A stretch of DNA of 63,853 bases, the filler included, from Octopus bimaculoides (lineage: Eukaryota): NCBI RefSeq assembly GCF_001194135.2. It is 5 parts of 5 records of this genome, joined end to end, with 100 filler letters (N's around TTAATTAATTAA, not from the genome) between each part and the next. Parts side by side here need not be neighbours in the genome. Positions count along the whole stretch, not along the records: positions 25,370 to 41,481 come from NC_068981.1; 4 more parts are not named here. One strand, 5' to 3'. Shown in pieces: positions 25,372 to 39,890 of this stretch. Numbering within the stretch: the stretch's first letter is position 1; each line of letters opens with the position of its first letter. Below the pieces are notes generated by a model, which saw nothing but the letters and a program-made list of their open reading frames with translations, did not search any database and was not told the origin of the DNA. The position numbers were made by a program, and so were the translations under genes.

Positions 25372-25744
25372 TATCGTGGCACTCCGTCGGTTGCGACGAC
25401 GAGGGTTCCAGTTGATCCGATCAACGGAACAGCTTGCTCGTGAAATTAACGTGCAAGTGGCTGAGCACTCCACAGACATGTGTACCCTTAACGTAGTTCT
25501 CGGGTAGATTCAGCGTGACACAGTGTGACAAGGCTGGACCCTTTGAAATACAGGTACAACAGAAACGGGAAGAACGAGTGAGAGAAAATTGTCGTGAAAG
25601 AATACAGCAGGGTTCGCCACTACCCCCTGCCGGAGCTTTAGGTGTTTTCGCTCAATAAACACTCACAACGCCCGGTCTGGGAATCGAAACCGCTATCCTA
25701 CGACCGCGAGTCCGCTGCGCTAATCACTGGGTCATTGCGCCTCC
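25372..25744 (-). mobile_element. Family-C SINE (a more diverged copy lies at about 24893-25215)
   Basis: Reverse complement of the 19146-19527 element. Confidence 0.88.
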
Positions 25745-26476
25745 ACTCGTACAGTAAACAGTAAACAAATACAAAAAAGGACACTTCTTAAAAGAAGACA
25801 AAGAAGATAGTGGTTTCTATGAAACACTCATCTAAATCGAATGCAAGTCGTTCGCTATATTGTCATGTCATAACATGTCCAGGAAGCTATTTGTAAAGTC
25901 TGTCTCCATGTGGATATATGTGAATGTGGAGAAGTACAAGTGTGTCACGTGTACACTTGGATGCTGACATGGGTGTCTTTTGAAGATGTATGGACTCATT
26001 CTGCATGCAAAAAGTCGCGAGTTCAGTTTCAATGAGAGTTACATTGGGCAAGTATCTCCAGGCGTTGCTTCAGTTTTACTAATATCTTGTGGCGGGGGTC
26101 TGTTTGGTGGAATGGCACTATAAGGTACAGGTGGGGCGTAAACAGACCAACACACCAACTGCCAAGTGGTATTGGTGTACTGAGACACGCGCACTCATCC
26201 ACACAGACACGCACACACGGAAACACGTACACATACCCCCACACACACCTACACGCGTGCACACATACACACACACATATATATATGAATGTACATATAT
26301 ATATATATATATATANNNNNNNNNNNNNNNNNNNNNNNNNNNNNNNNNNNNNNNNNNNNNNNNNNNNNNNNNNNNNNNNNNNNNNNNNNNNNNNNNNNNN
26401 NNNNNNNNNNNNNNNNNNNNNNNNNNNNNNNNNNNNNNNNNNNNNNNNNNNNNNNNNNNNNNNNNNNNNNTATGAG

Positions 26477-26519
<43 letters not shown>

Positions 26520-27698
26520 GTTTCAGTCATTTGACTGCGGCCACGCTGGAGTACCGCGTTTATCTATCTATGCATCTATCTATCTATCCATCCATCCATC
26601 AGTCTATCCATCTATGCGTCTATTTATCAATCTATAAATCTGTGCGTCTCTCTATCTACGCATCTATTTATCTATCTATGCATCTATCTATTTATGCGTT
26701 ATCTATCTATGCATCTTTCTATCTATCTATGTATGCGTGTATGTATGTATGTATGCATGCATGCATGTATGTATGTATGTATGTATGTACGTATGTATGT
26801 ATAAAGGTTTAATATTTGTTTTGCAAGACTCTTGATTTGAAATCATGTGTTGCAGCAAATATTGTTATATTTGGTGACGGTCATTTTGCCAATAAACACA
26901 TGCACTATCTATTTCATCGTCACTTTAGCCTTATTATTATCATTAATTTTTTTTCAGAGTTTTTCTGTCACACATTCTTCAATGACTTTCCTCGTGTTTC
27001 TTCTGTCTTGTCTTGTCCTGTCTCTGTTCCATTTTGCTCTTCTGCAATATATATCCCTATCTATGTATGCGTTTATATCTGTATGTCTGTGTGTGTGTCT
27101 GTGTGTGTCTGTGTAAGTGTGTCATGTGTGCGTATATATGGGTTTGTACGTATATATTACACTGCTTGTACCCGTGTCTCTTATTTATTTATTTATTTAT
27201 TGGTGTATTTAAAAAAAGGTAACCCTCATTGTTAAGATCCTAATATTCGAGGGTTTCTAGTCCTCTTACACCTACATCCATTCAGTATTTCATATGTGCC
27301 TAAATCGATGGCACCATCGATGGGATCGATATAATTGTCTATAACCCTTGCTGTTCTTAACCCTACCACGACCGCAGACCACTAACTAAGATCAAACATA
27401 TATGTGAGGAACATCTGCCTGGGTGTAGACACAGACATTATATTTGTCTCGTATTTCGTTTCGGTGTTCCTTCGTTTATCCAAATATCCAATGTGACTGT
27501 TTTATTGTAGTTTCAGTCTCTGTTCACCATTCATGCACATTCGAGTTCGATTTTTTGTTTCGTACGATATGTGCGTGTGTTTGGTCATGTCTCTGTTTAT
27601 TTGCTTTTTACTTTGAAAGTGTTGCGCAAATAAAGAAGAGTGAGCGTTTACACACAAACACACACACACACACACATATACTCACACACACACACATG

Positions 27699-27752
<54 letters not shown>

Positions 27753-27789
27753 GTATATTCATGTGTATATACTTATATATAAACAAGTA

Positions 27790-28690
27790 AATTTGTGTTT
27801 ATATAAATGAATTCCCTATGTACATATTCATGTAAACGTTTTTATGTTTATATATATATACATATAAATATATATATATACATATATATATGTATATATA
27901 CATATATATATGTATATATACATACATATATGTATGTATATATACATACATGTATGTATGTATATATACATACATATATNNNNNNNNNNNNNNNNNNNNN
28001 NNNNNNNNNNNNNNNNNNNNNNNNNNNNNNNNNNNNNNNNNNNNNNNNNNNNNNNNNNNNNNNNNNNNNNNNNNNNNNNNNNNNNNNNNNNNNNNNNNNN
28101 NNNNNNNNNNNTATATATACATATATATATGTATATATACATACATATATGTATGTATACATACATACATATATATATATATGTATACATACATATATAT
28201 ATATGTATATATACATACATATATGTATGTATATATACATATATGTATGTATATATACATATATATATGTATATATACATACATATATGTATGTATACAT
28301 ACATACATACATATATATATATGTATACATACATATATATGTATACATACATATATATGTATACATACATATATATATATGTATACATACATATATATGT
28401 ATACATATATATATATATGTATACATACATATATATGTATACATATATATATATATGTATACATACATATATATATATGTATACATATATATATGTATAT
28501 ATATGCATACATATATATATATTATATACATGCATACATATATACATATATAAATTATATACATACACACATATATATTATATACATACATACATATATA
28601 CATTATATACATACAAAGATATATATCATATACATACATTATGTACGCATGTATGTATGTATGTATGTATATGATATACTACACATCACT
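27790..28690. repeat. Long cryptic (TA/CA/TG) microsatellite field; representative of dozens of (CA)n, (TA)n, (GA)n, (GATA)n, (TACA)n, (AAT)n and (TAG)n tracts
   Basis: Direct inspection; most N-gaps abut such tracts. Confidence 0.95.
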
Positions 28691-29139
28691 GTTAGTCAGA
28701 TGAAGAGAAATAAATGTATTTGCAAATATTTGAAAAGCTTAGCTATGAGAAGGAAACATAAGAACGTCAGCATATTCGTGTTATATTTCCGCTGTACTAA
28801 GCAAATAGAAGGGACAGTCCTGGCGGATCTGTTTCCCCAGGATGTTAAGAAATCATGAAAGATGTACCCGGGTTATACCCCGACCGGAATTATCGAATAT
28901 TCCACTACTGCATTAGTATCAGTCACGGGTCCGCCTGTGTTTCCGAGCACATGGAGCAGCAAGTTGACACCACTGGTTCCTGTTAGCTGCGGTTTACTCT
29001 CCATTCAGCCATGTTACATGAGCCTCTCTCAAGTCGGTAATGAACGTCCTTTGTCATATAGTTTTTTGGCCATTGTCTCTTTCTTTGTCCCCTCTGGTGA
29101 TTTCCATTTGAAAGTTGTCATAGAATTGTGTTACTCAAG

Positions 29140-30065
29140 TAACCTACTTTATGACCTGCTAGTTTTTTAATCTTCGTTCCATGATGATTTCGGTAAGTGG
29201 TCTTGTGTTGGATGTCTTTAAAATATCTGTATTGATTATGTGGTCTTGCCAGTTCGTTCACAGAATCCTTCTCAAGCATCTTTGATGGCACACACCCAGC
29301 TTTCTATCGAGTTTCACGATGCTCTTCCATGTGAGACTAGCACAGAGAACTGTTGGTAAAATTCTACTATTGTAGAACTGGATCTCTGTGTGTAAGATCT
29401 GGTGTACCAGATTGCTCGCTTTCTCTGAAATATAGCCGCAGCTTTGCAAATTCCATGCTTAACGTCAATCTCAATATCATCATTGTTATTGAAGACGCTA
29501 TCCAGATAGGTGAATCTGTCCACTGTCTGGATATTTTCCTGACTGATCTTTATGGTCATTGTTATTCGACTCTCATCCTTTATAGTGTTGATTGCTTTGG
29601 TCTTCTCCACACTAAGTCACGGACCAATCTTTCCCACATTCCGTTCTAGTTCTGATGTTAGCCGTTGTCCGTTTTTATTATTATCAGCGAGATAAACAAT
29701 GTCACGCGCAAAATTCAGGTCTTTTAGTCTCGTCTGTTATTTCCATTGTATTTTCCATTTGGGTTTGTTTGCAGGGATTTAGGAGGACAAAATCTGCTTC
29801 AGTAAGGACAGCATGCAGCCTCGTCTCACTCTAACAATGGTGTCGAAGATCTTTCTTTTTCCTGCTCCCTTTTAAACACAGCATCGCGGATTTGATTAAA
29901 GTTCTAGTGACAAAGCGTTGAGAGATACATAATGCAAGGTAATTCTCGACAGAGACACAATCAAATGCCTTTTTAAAGTCAATCAAATTTAGCTTCAAAG
30001 GTCTTTGGTGCTCAACACATTATTCAATAATCTTCCTCCCTTTCCAAACTTATGACCGGTGAGGC
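29140..30065 (-). mobile_element. RTE-clade LINE reverse transcriptase fragment, decayed
   Basis: RKIIE*CVEHQRPLKLNLIDFKKAFDCV (RT DFxKAFD motif), DLNFARDIVYL (degenerate F-ADD motif), ENIQTVDRFTYLDS and ICKAAAIFQ..VCHQRCLRRIL. Confidence 0.85.
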
Positions 30066-30533
30066 ATGATATAAATACCAAGGCGGTATTACTACTATAC
30101 ATATCAAAGAAATTAAGCTAATGGTGTAGGGGATATCTTAACACATTTGTGATTTTGATGCTGGTCATAGACTAAACAAGATATATTTTATGCACAAAAG
30201 GCGTAAATTCAAATAGGATAGGATAGAAATATAATTATTCGAAATATTTCAAAGCGTCTGCTGCGAGAAGGAATAACATGAATGTAAACACATAACTAAC
30301 GGTCCAATGAAAAAAAGACCCTATGACTATAGTACGAGTTCTCCTCACCGATTTCCATCGGATATTCAGGAATACAGGAATACATGTGGAATTCTAAATG
30401 CTGGTTATATGTCGTGCATTTTAAATTTAAATCGCTCTATATAATTACAGATAATTAGAACAAATAGAGAGACAGATAGCTAGATAGATTGATAGAGAGA
30501 TAGATTGATAGACAGATAGATAGATTGATAGAC

Positions 30534-30594
<61 letters not shown>

Positions 30595-31224
30595 TCATAC
30601 AAACGTACATACACACCCACATATTTACACATGCACACGATAGGTCGTTGGCATTTAAAATATTCTTCAGTTTTCCAGCTCTTTGAAGTCCCATTAATGT
30701 CAATTTCATTTTACCCTTTCTCTGCATCACGTGTGTGTGTGTGTGCGCGCGCGCGCATTCCTCCCTCTTCCTCTTTCCTTATCTCTTTTACCCTCTCTCT
30801 CTTTCAATATGTGTTTGATTTTGTGTACACTACTGTCCTAAAAAGAAACGAGAAAACATCAAGCTTTAAGAAACAGTAGCCAAATCTCCCTCAAATCGCA
30901 TACACCATAGTTTTAAAAAAGGAAGACACCTTGGATAATGTTGCTTCTAATATGCAATAAGATAGAGTGATCATAACTGGAACACCTTTTGTTGTATGTC
31001 TGCTCAATCAGAAAAACATGAGAGTACTCAGAGACCGCAGAAGGAGCCTCCACGAGGTAACCAACTCCAAAATATTTTGTAGGCGTTGCTCCAACATGAA
31101 CACATTTCAATGGATGATACTAAGAATATAATAAAAGAAGATTGTTGGTCTTTAATATCTATTATAAGACTTTGACTGTCATGTATCCTAGGATTCATAA
31201 GGCCTGTGTTTTGTATGGTGTATA

Positions 31225-31435
31225 AAATTACATCACTTCCCGTGGATGGGACGCCGGTCCGTAGCAGGGTTAACGTCCCAGTTACTACAGGAATGCATTT
31301 ACAGATGAAGCAGACTGAGGCGATGTGAAATTAGGTGTTTTGCTCAAGTGCACAACGCTCAGCCCGGTCGAGCAATTGAAACCACCATCTTGCGTTCACG
31401 AGTGCAACACCCTATCCACTAGGTCCTCGCCCCTT
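31225..31435 (-). mobile_element. Short tRNA-derived SINE related in its head to family C
   Basis: Reverse strand has a tRNA-like head (cctagtggatagggtgttgcactc..ggtttcaattgctcgaccgggctgagcgttgtgcacttgagcaaaacaccta). Confidence 0.6.
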
Positions 31436-32504
31436 CGCTTGTCTACGCTAGATTACTTATAGTGTGTGTGTGTGTGTGTGTGTGTGTGTCATTAAGGACT
31501 TCTATACCTCTAAATAGTTCTGTCTTGCATTCCAAAGATTAGAGCGAGGTGTTGAAGAATTTTTAATGAATACTCAATAACGTTTCTGTTAATGTCTCCA
31601 CCCCACTCCACCCCCACCCCAAAAAAGGGACTTAATCAGGGAAAGTATTCTCAATAGTTTAAATTGTCGCCCTTGTTTATCTACTTGCGAAAGATTTTGC
31701 TTTGCTGTTGTTCTTTGATGCAGATCAGTCCTGATTGAACAGATCTATGATTAAAGTGTTCCAACTATGATCATCCCGTATTATTTTATATTCATCAACA
31801 CCATTATCCATATAGTATCCATTTTTCTAAGAAGCAGAATTTGTTTCAGAGGAATTCAGCAGCATTTTAACAGACCAGGTGACTTTCTAGACCTTCCTTC
31901 GTCGTCTGCTCATTGTCATTGTTAAGATTAAAGTCAGATCTGATCAATCAGAGTTGTCTACCGAATCAGGTGGTTCAAACACTACCATCCCTTTAAAACC
32001 CAATCATATATCTAGGACGAAATCATCTAATGTGTTGGAAAGTTTAGACAGTGTCACGTGACAACTTGCTGGGGCTGCCTGCTGGATCCTAGCAATTTGA
32101 CAAGACAGTCAGTCGGCCGCTGACACTCGTTGACGCTACACTGAAGAGGCCAGGAAACAGAAGAAAGAAGACATGCACTCAACACCAGAGTTGAAGACAC
32201 CTCAGAAAGGGGAAGGGCGCCACGTCAAAACGGCAGAGGAGTAGGGGCCGAAACCGGTGGTGGTTTCTCCTGATGATGTCTTGAGCTAACTGGATCCTAT
32301 AAAGGAGCTGTTTTGGTAGCAGACCACGAAACATGGTTCAAATTCCTTCCTTGCGTCTTAGAAATATTTGACCGTTATTTCTAGCAGAACGAGTGGCCGC
32401 GTATAGTTCCGTTGGCTCGTGAAAGAGTTTATAGTGTTTTCAATGGGCGGGGTTACAGGTAATAGGAAAGATCTTTAGTGCTAGAAGACCATAGATATGA
32501 AAAG

Positions 32505-32959
32505 ATTATGCTTATTACATTATTGACCAGTATCTATGTACAAGTAGCTTTCTATAAACATATGTGTTTGATTTTGTGTACACTACTGTCCTAAAAAGAA
32601 ACGAGAAGACACCAAGCTTGTATTCCTGTATATCCGACGGGAATCGGTGAGGAGAACTCGTGCTATAGTCATAGTGACTTTTTTTCATTGGACCGTTAGT
32701 TATGTGTTTACATTCTTGTAATTCCTTCTCGCAGCCGACGCTTTGAAATATTTCGAATAATTACATTTCTTCTATCCATGTCCAATCTACGCTGTATGAA
32801 ATGATATTCAAGGGGTTAACGCCACAGTTAGATTGCTGGTGGTTTATGTTATCTGTATTGTAATCAGTCACTGAGCTCTCAACTCGTTCGCAGTCCTTCA
32901 ATATGTTTATAGAAAGCTACTTGTACATAGTTACTGGTCAATAATTTAATAAGCATAAT
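32505..32959. other. Complex local rearrangement: 59-bp inverted repeat enclosing copies of two upstream segments
   Basis: 32505-32563 = revcomp of 32901-32959 (57/59). 32560-32619 = direct copy of 30807-30866 (58/60). 32619-32777 = revcomp of 30221-30376 (about 10 mismatches plus a 3-nt indel). Confidence 0.9.
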
Positions 32960-33247
32960 TAGCAAGATGCTAAATTCATTTCAGCATTAGTCACATCTAA
33001 ACGTTATCTCTTTGACAACAATTACGTTTGACATTGGTTAAAATTATCAACAACCGTTCTGTACTCCCGAAAGTTTATTTAATTTTAAATATACCCAAAA
33101 CGCTCGTAAATATGTACTTTTAGCTTAATTAGTTTGCTTTTCCGCTTAGTTCTCATGTGTAATTCATAGAGGAGATCCAGAAATAGAAACGTCCGTATTG
33201 TACGTATAGCTGTTGTATGGGAAATAGATTTTGCTTACATAATTATC

Positions 33248-33295
<48 letters not shown>

Positions 33296-34254
33296 NNNNN
33301 NNNNNNNNNNNNNNNNNNNNNNNNNNNNNNNNNNNNNNNNNNNNNNNNNNNNNNNNNNNNNNNNNNNNNNNNNNNNNNNNNNNNNNNNNNNNNNNNNNNN
33401 NNNNNNNNNNNNNNNNNNNNNNNNNNNNNNNNNNNNNNNNNNNNNNNNNNNNNNNNNNNNNNNNNNNNNNNNNNNNNNNNNNNNNNNNNNNNNNNNNNNN
33501 NNNNNNNNNNNNNNNNNNNNNNNNNNNNNNNNNNNNNNNNNNNNNNNNNNNNNNNNNNNNNNNNNNNNNNNNNNNNNNNNNNNNNNNNNNNNNNNNNNNN
33601 NNNNNNNNNNNNNNNNNNNNNNNNNNNNNNNNNNNNNNNNNNNNNNNNNNNNNNNNNNNNNNNNNNNNNNNNNNNNNNNNNNNNNNNNNNNNNNNNNNNN
33701 NNNNNNNNNNNNNNNNNNNNNNNNNNNNNNNNNNNNNNNNNNNNNNNNNNNNNNNNNNNNNNNNNNNNNNNNNNNNNNNNNNNNNNNNNNNNNNNNNNNN
33801 NNNNNNNNNNNNNNNNNNNNNNNNNNNNNNNNNNNNNNNNNNNNNNNNNNNNNNNNNNNNNNNNNNNNNNNNNNNNNNNNNNNNNNNNNNNNNNNNNNNN
33901 NNNNNNNNNNNNNNNNNNNNNNNNNNNNNNNNNNNNNNNNNNNNNNNNNNNNNNNNNNNNNNNNNNNNNNNNNNNNNNNNNNNNNNNNNNNNNNNNNNNN
34001 NNNNNNNNNNNNNNNNNNNNNNNNNNNNNNNNNNNNNNNNNNNNNNNNNNNNNNNNNNNNNNNNNNNNNNNNNNNNNNNNNNNNNNNNNNNNNNNNNNNN
34101 NNNNNNNNNNNNNNNNNNNNNNNNNNNNNNNNNNNNNNNNNNNNNNNNNNNNNNNNNNNNNNNNNNNNNNNNNNNNNNNTTTACTGATGGATAAAATCAA
34201 TACGAAATCTTAAGTCAAGTGTAGGAAAGCAAAATTTTAAAAAGACTATGTATG

Positions 34255-34552
34255 TATCTTTCATCTTTCATCTTTTACTTGTTTCAGTAATTAGAACGCG
34301 GCCATGGTGGGGCACGGCCTTGAAGAATATTTGGTCAAATGAATCGACCCCTGTACTTAAGTTTTTAAAAGTACTTATTCAATCGGGTTCGTTTGCAGAA
34401 CTGCTAAGTTACGGGGACGTAAACACACCAGCATCGGTTGTCTAGCGATGTGGGGGGGCGACAAACACAGAGACACAAACATATATATATATATATATAT
34501 ATATATTCACGATGGGCTTCAGTTTCCGTCTTCCAAATCCACTCACAAGGCT
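34255..34552 (-). mobile_element. Family-B SINE lacking the head
   Basis: cttttacttgtttcagt..gcggccatggtgg..ctaagttacggggacgtaaacacaccagcatcggttg..ccactcacaaggcttt. Confidence 0.82.
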
Positions 34553-35188
34553 TTATATACATATATATGTTCTTATTATATATACACACGTTTTATAAGT
34601 GTATGTACGTAAACATTTACATAGCTGTATACCTATCTATTATACGTATTCGTTCTGTTGCCATGAAGTAACCTTACACCAGATGCTGTCTACAAGTCAA
34701 ATCATAAGTAACGTCATTTTTCACAGTCTGTTGAAGGACAAAAAACCGAAACGTTAGATTATTTTATTTTTCATAACAATCACCCTAGAACATATTCTTT
34801 ACCGAATCAGATCCTTCGCCTCATTCTCGGATTCCGGATTTTATCCCCATAAAATACATTTCATTTTTCTTTTACAAAATACTTAACAACGACAGCCAGC
34901 TTTTCAGTTAAACTTAATTTTATGTCTTCTAATTTGTTCCTTGTTTGTCTTCTGTTGATAAATGTATTATGTATTTGCTTCCTATTGTCTTGGATTAGTT
35001 TCTGTTCTTTAGAATTCCGAGATAATTAAAAACTATATTACCTGTCAATACAAGAGAAGAATAATATATGTAAGGGAAATAAACATGTGGTCGTTATAAA
35101 CAACCAACAGTTTATATTGTCCTGATTATTATAAATAGGTTTTATAATAAATACATATCCAACAAAACCATATGTGTGTATATATGTG

Positions 35189-35247
<59 letters not shown>

Positions 35248-35944
35248 NNNNNNNNNNNNNNNNNNNNNNNNNNNNNNNNNNNNNNNNNNNNNNNNNNNNN
35301 NNNNNNNNNNNNNNNNNNNNNNNNNNNNNNNNNNNNNNNNNNNNNNNNNNNNNNNNNNNNNNNNNNNNNNNNNNNNNNNNNNNNNNNNNNNNNNNNNNNN
35401 NNNNNNNNNNNNNNNNNNNNNNNNNNNNNNNNNNNNNNNNNNNNNNNNNNNNNNNNNNNNNNNNNNNNNNNNNNNNNNNNNNNNNNNNNNNNNNNNNNNN
35501 NNNNNNNNNNNNNNNNNNNNNNNNNNNNNNNNNNNNNNNNNNNNNNNNNNNNNNNNNNNNNNNNNNNNNNNNNNNNNNNNNNNNNNNNNNNNNNNNNNNN
35601 NNNNNNNNNNNNNNNNNNNNNNNNNNNNNNTATATATATATATACATATATGTACACACATATACATATACACATATATACATATATATATACACATATA
35701 TACACGTATATATACACACATATTCACACGTATATGTATACATATATATACACAAACATATGTATACACGTATGCATATATATGTATATGTATACATATA
35801 TCTATACACACATATATGTATACATATATACATATATATATACACATATATATACACACATATATGCATATATATACATACATATATATATAATACTTTG
35901 CACGTACCACGCCCTCGCGTTTTTTCTTCGTTTTTTGGATTAAT

Positions 35945-35981
<37 letters not shown>

Positions 35982-35991
35982 NNNNNNNNNN

Positions 35992-36037
<46 letters not shown>

Positions 36038-37671
36038 TATAATTTAGTTTAATCAGGTATGTATGTTTCACTTTTTGTTTTCCCACTTGTTTCTTAGCCG
36101 CGTTCTCTTCCTTTTTTTTTCTTTTCTTTACTTTTTTTTTTCTCTTCCTCTCTCTCTAAAGTTGACGTTATTAAAATTGATGAGAAATCAATGAACTTAT
36201 GAGTATGAAGACATCTGGAATTTCCGAAATTGAATAAGTTTCCATTTCACTAAGCCATGTTTTGTGATTAGACATTTTTGCGAATGAATTACGTTTAGAT
36301 TTTTCTTGGTCCACGTATGAATATGTATGAACGAATACGTACGTATGTGTGTATATGTCTGTGTGAGAAAGAGAGAGAGAGAGAGAGAGAGAAGGAGAGA
36401 TAGATAGAGAGATAGATAGAGAGATAGATAGAGAGATAGATAGAGAGATAGAGAGAAGGAGAGAGAGAGAGAAGGAGAGAGAGAGAAGGAGAGAGAGAGA
36501 AGGAGAGAGAGAGAAGGGAGTAGATGTGGAGAAAGAGCGGGATGAAAAAGATTGGTGTGGGATATAGACACTGCGTGCGGTCACATGTGTGTGAATGTGA
36601 ATATCTAAAAGTGTAAGAACGTGACACATATGCATTCACACATATACACACACATGTGTGTGCATGTGTCGGTGAGTGCGTGCGTGTTTATGTTAGTGTT
36701 TTAAGACATATATATATATATATATANNNNNNNNNNNNNNNNNNNNNNNNNNNNNNNNNNNNNNNNNNNNNNNNNNNNNNNNNNNNNNNNNNNNNNNNNN
36801 NNNNNNNNNNNNNNNNNNNNNNNNNNNNNNNNNNNNNNNNNNNNNNNNNNNNNNNNNNNNNNNNNNNNNNNNNNNNNNNNNNNNNNNNNNNNNNNNNNNN
36901 NNNNNNNNNNNNNNNNNNNNNNNNNNNNNNNNNNNNNNNNNNNNNNNNNNNNNNNNNNNNNNNNNNNNNNNNNNNNNNNNNNNNNNNNNNNNNNNNNNNN
37001 NNNNNNNNNNNNNNNNNNNNNNNNNNNNNNNNNNNNNNNNNNNNNNNNNNNNNNNNNNNNNNNNNNNNNNNNNNNNNNNNNNNNNNNNNNNNNNNNNNNN
37101 NNNNNNNNNNNNNNNNNNNNNNNNNNNNNNNNNNNNNNNNNNNNNNNNNNNNNNNNNNNNNNNNNNNNNNNNNNNNNNNNNNNNNNNNNNNNNNNNNNNN
37201 NNNNNNNNNNNNNNNNNNNNNNNNNNNNNNNNNNNNNNNNNNNNNNNNNNNNNNNNNNNNNNNNNNNNNNNNNNNNNNNNNNNNNNNNNNNNNNNNNNNN
37301 NNNNNNNNNNNNNNNNNNNNNNNNNNNNNNNNNNNNNNNNNNNNNNNNNNNNNNNNNNNNNNNNNNNNNNNNNNNNNNNNNNNNNNNNNNNNNNNNNNNN
37401 NNNNNNNNNNNNNNNNNNNNNNNNNNNNNNNNNNNNNNNNNNNNNNNNNNNNNNNNNNNNNNNNNNNNNNNNNNNNNNNNNNNNNNNNNNNNNNNNNNNN
37501 NNNNNNNNNNNNNNNNNNNNNNNNNNNNNNNNNNNNNNNNNNNNNNNNNNNNNNNNNNNNNNNNNNNNNNNNNNNNNNNNNNNNNNNNNNNNNNNNNNNN
37601 NNNNNNNNNNNNNNNNNNNNNNNNNNNNNNNNNNNNNNNNNNNNNNNNNNNNNNNNNNNNNNNNNNNNNNN

Positions 37672-37739
<68 letters not shown>

Positions 37740-37867
37740 CTGGTTTTATTGTTCTTTTACTTTTATTATTTGTTTATTTCTATCCATCAAAAATATGTGA
37801 ACAAGAAAATATTAATAAGAATAACATAACAACAACGACAACAATAGCAGCAACAACAATAATAATA

Positions 37868-37898
<31 letters not shown>

Positions 37899-39576
37899 TC
37901 ATTATTTGCCACAAGGACTCGAAAAGATACAGAAAAACACAAAGTAACGTTAAACGAGAGAGCTTACAAAGACGAGTGTGAGGTGGGACGGACAAATAAT
38001 ACAAAGATGTTATATAAAGAATTAAAAATTTTATAAAGGATAAATATTTACATTGTAAAATACACAATAATTAAAGCAAGATATTTGTATAAAAATTAAA
38101 CATTCACTTGGGTTGATCAGGGTAAGCCATGCTTCTGATTACGCTTCACTTCTGCTATATTCGTGTATTGTTCGTGACTTTAAATTCTGAAATCTTCTGT
38201 GAGGAGCACTTACAGTGAGTAAGAGAGACCCTGTATCCTCTGGATCGTTTAATTTGTAATATACAGTCATTTATAATATACAAAAATTTGTACGATTATT
38301 CTATCCTTTTTTGTACTGTTTTGAACTGTGATACTATTTCTTCTTCATTTATACTTCGTCTCCAAATTCCTTGTGCGCAATGTATTTTGTTTTATTGTCT
38401 TTGTGCCAAACAAGGTTTGAGGCCATTGTAAACAACAAGAACGATCAGAAAGGGGCTAAAAATTCAAAATGTGTAGATTGGCTAAAAGCTTAATGGAGCG
38501 AATATCACAGAGCAGAGGAAAACAAGATTATGCTAATGAGTTCCAAAGAGCAGACGTTCGAGGAAAGAAGCTATGAGAATAAAAGGACTTATGACTAACA
38601 GAAAGCTCAACAGAGAAAGAATGCATCCGGGAAGAGAAACGGATGACACGTTTAAAGGTTTTGACAGAGGGTTTAGACCTGAATGTTCGTCAGAGCAGTA
38701 ACCATGGATATACTTATAGGAAAGACACAGCGAAGATACTCAAGTATCTTATTAGATCTTTGTAAGTCTATTATAGCAAAGGACTTCGAATTTCATTTCG
38801 TTCCTCCACACAGGGTATCGGCTCGTTTTCATAAGACGGATCTCCCTCGGAGGTAGTATGTGAGATATACCGTCTCCTCTTCACGGGAAGTGTGAGGTGT
38901 ACCCCACTTCACATTCTATAGCAGTTATTTTTCCCCATTGGGTCCTTTCGTTTTCATTTTTTTTTGTTGTTGTTGTTGTTGTTGTTTTAGGCAATCTGCT
39001 TATCAGTGAGGTCCCGTCCTCATAAGTCAATGGGATGATACTGTTGCTAAAAGGTACTTCCTAATCGTTTGCTATAAGATATTGTTGGTATTGCTACGTG
39101 TTACTTCTCTTGTCTTCATCTGTCGTAGCTGAGAGAGAGGAGTTTCTTGAGTTTCATGGTTAGCTCCACACAAGCTTTATTATTTTTCTTCATAATAATA
39201 GTAATTGTAGTATATGTGTGTGAAGGGTTGTATGCATATATATGGATGTGAATATGCGTGTATGTACATTCATAATGCGTTTAATAATGTATTTAGAGCA
39301 GTAACGACTGCTGAATAATAAGGCTCAATACCTAGATGTAGTCTTAACATTTTATTCGACAGAATTACAGAGCGATTGTGACTTCGAAGTTTAGCCATTT
39401 CATCCGACTTCAAAATGCCGCACAATCATTCTACATTTCTGTCGACTAAAATATGTGTCGCTGTATGTGTGGGTGTTGTTCACTGTTAAAGTTTGCATGC
39501 TCCATCGATAGACGAAAAACCTTAATTTTTTCCTTTAATCCTTTTTCTTAACTCTCTCTCTCTCTCTCTCTATCTT

Positions 39577-39611
<35 letters not shown>

Positions 39612-39848
39612 TACTCTTTCTCTCTTACTCGCGCTCTCTCATATACGTATGTGCGTGTATTCCTCAGTCACACATACATTCTCACTGAGAGACGCTCATA
39701 AACAATTTCCGCTTCATACTTTCTGTTTTTATATCTCTCCTGTTCTATCATGCACTCTCTCCCTTCACTTACTTTGACTTTTCCTCTCACTATCCATTTC
39801 TTCCTTCCTCCTTTGTGTCTCCCCTTCCATCTCTGTTTTCTATCTGTC

Positions 39849-39890
<42 letters not shown>

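Noticed and set aside
26029-26200. Pro-rich minus-strand frame (YAPPVPYSAIPPNRPPPQDISK..) as a possible Uncx exon
   Set aside because: It ends in a stop, has weak splice signals, partly resembles a family-B SINE segment, and shows no similarity I recognise.
27799-28858. Long ORFs of 240-460 aa here and around other gaps (YIYI, THTH, poly-I/N/L/X)
   Set aside because: These are translations of microsatellites and N runs with no coding signal.
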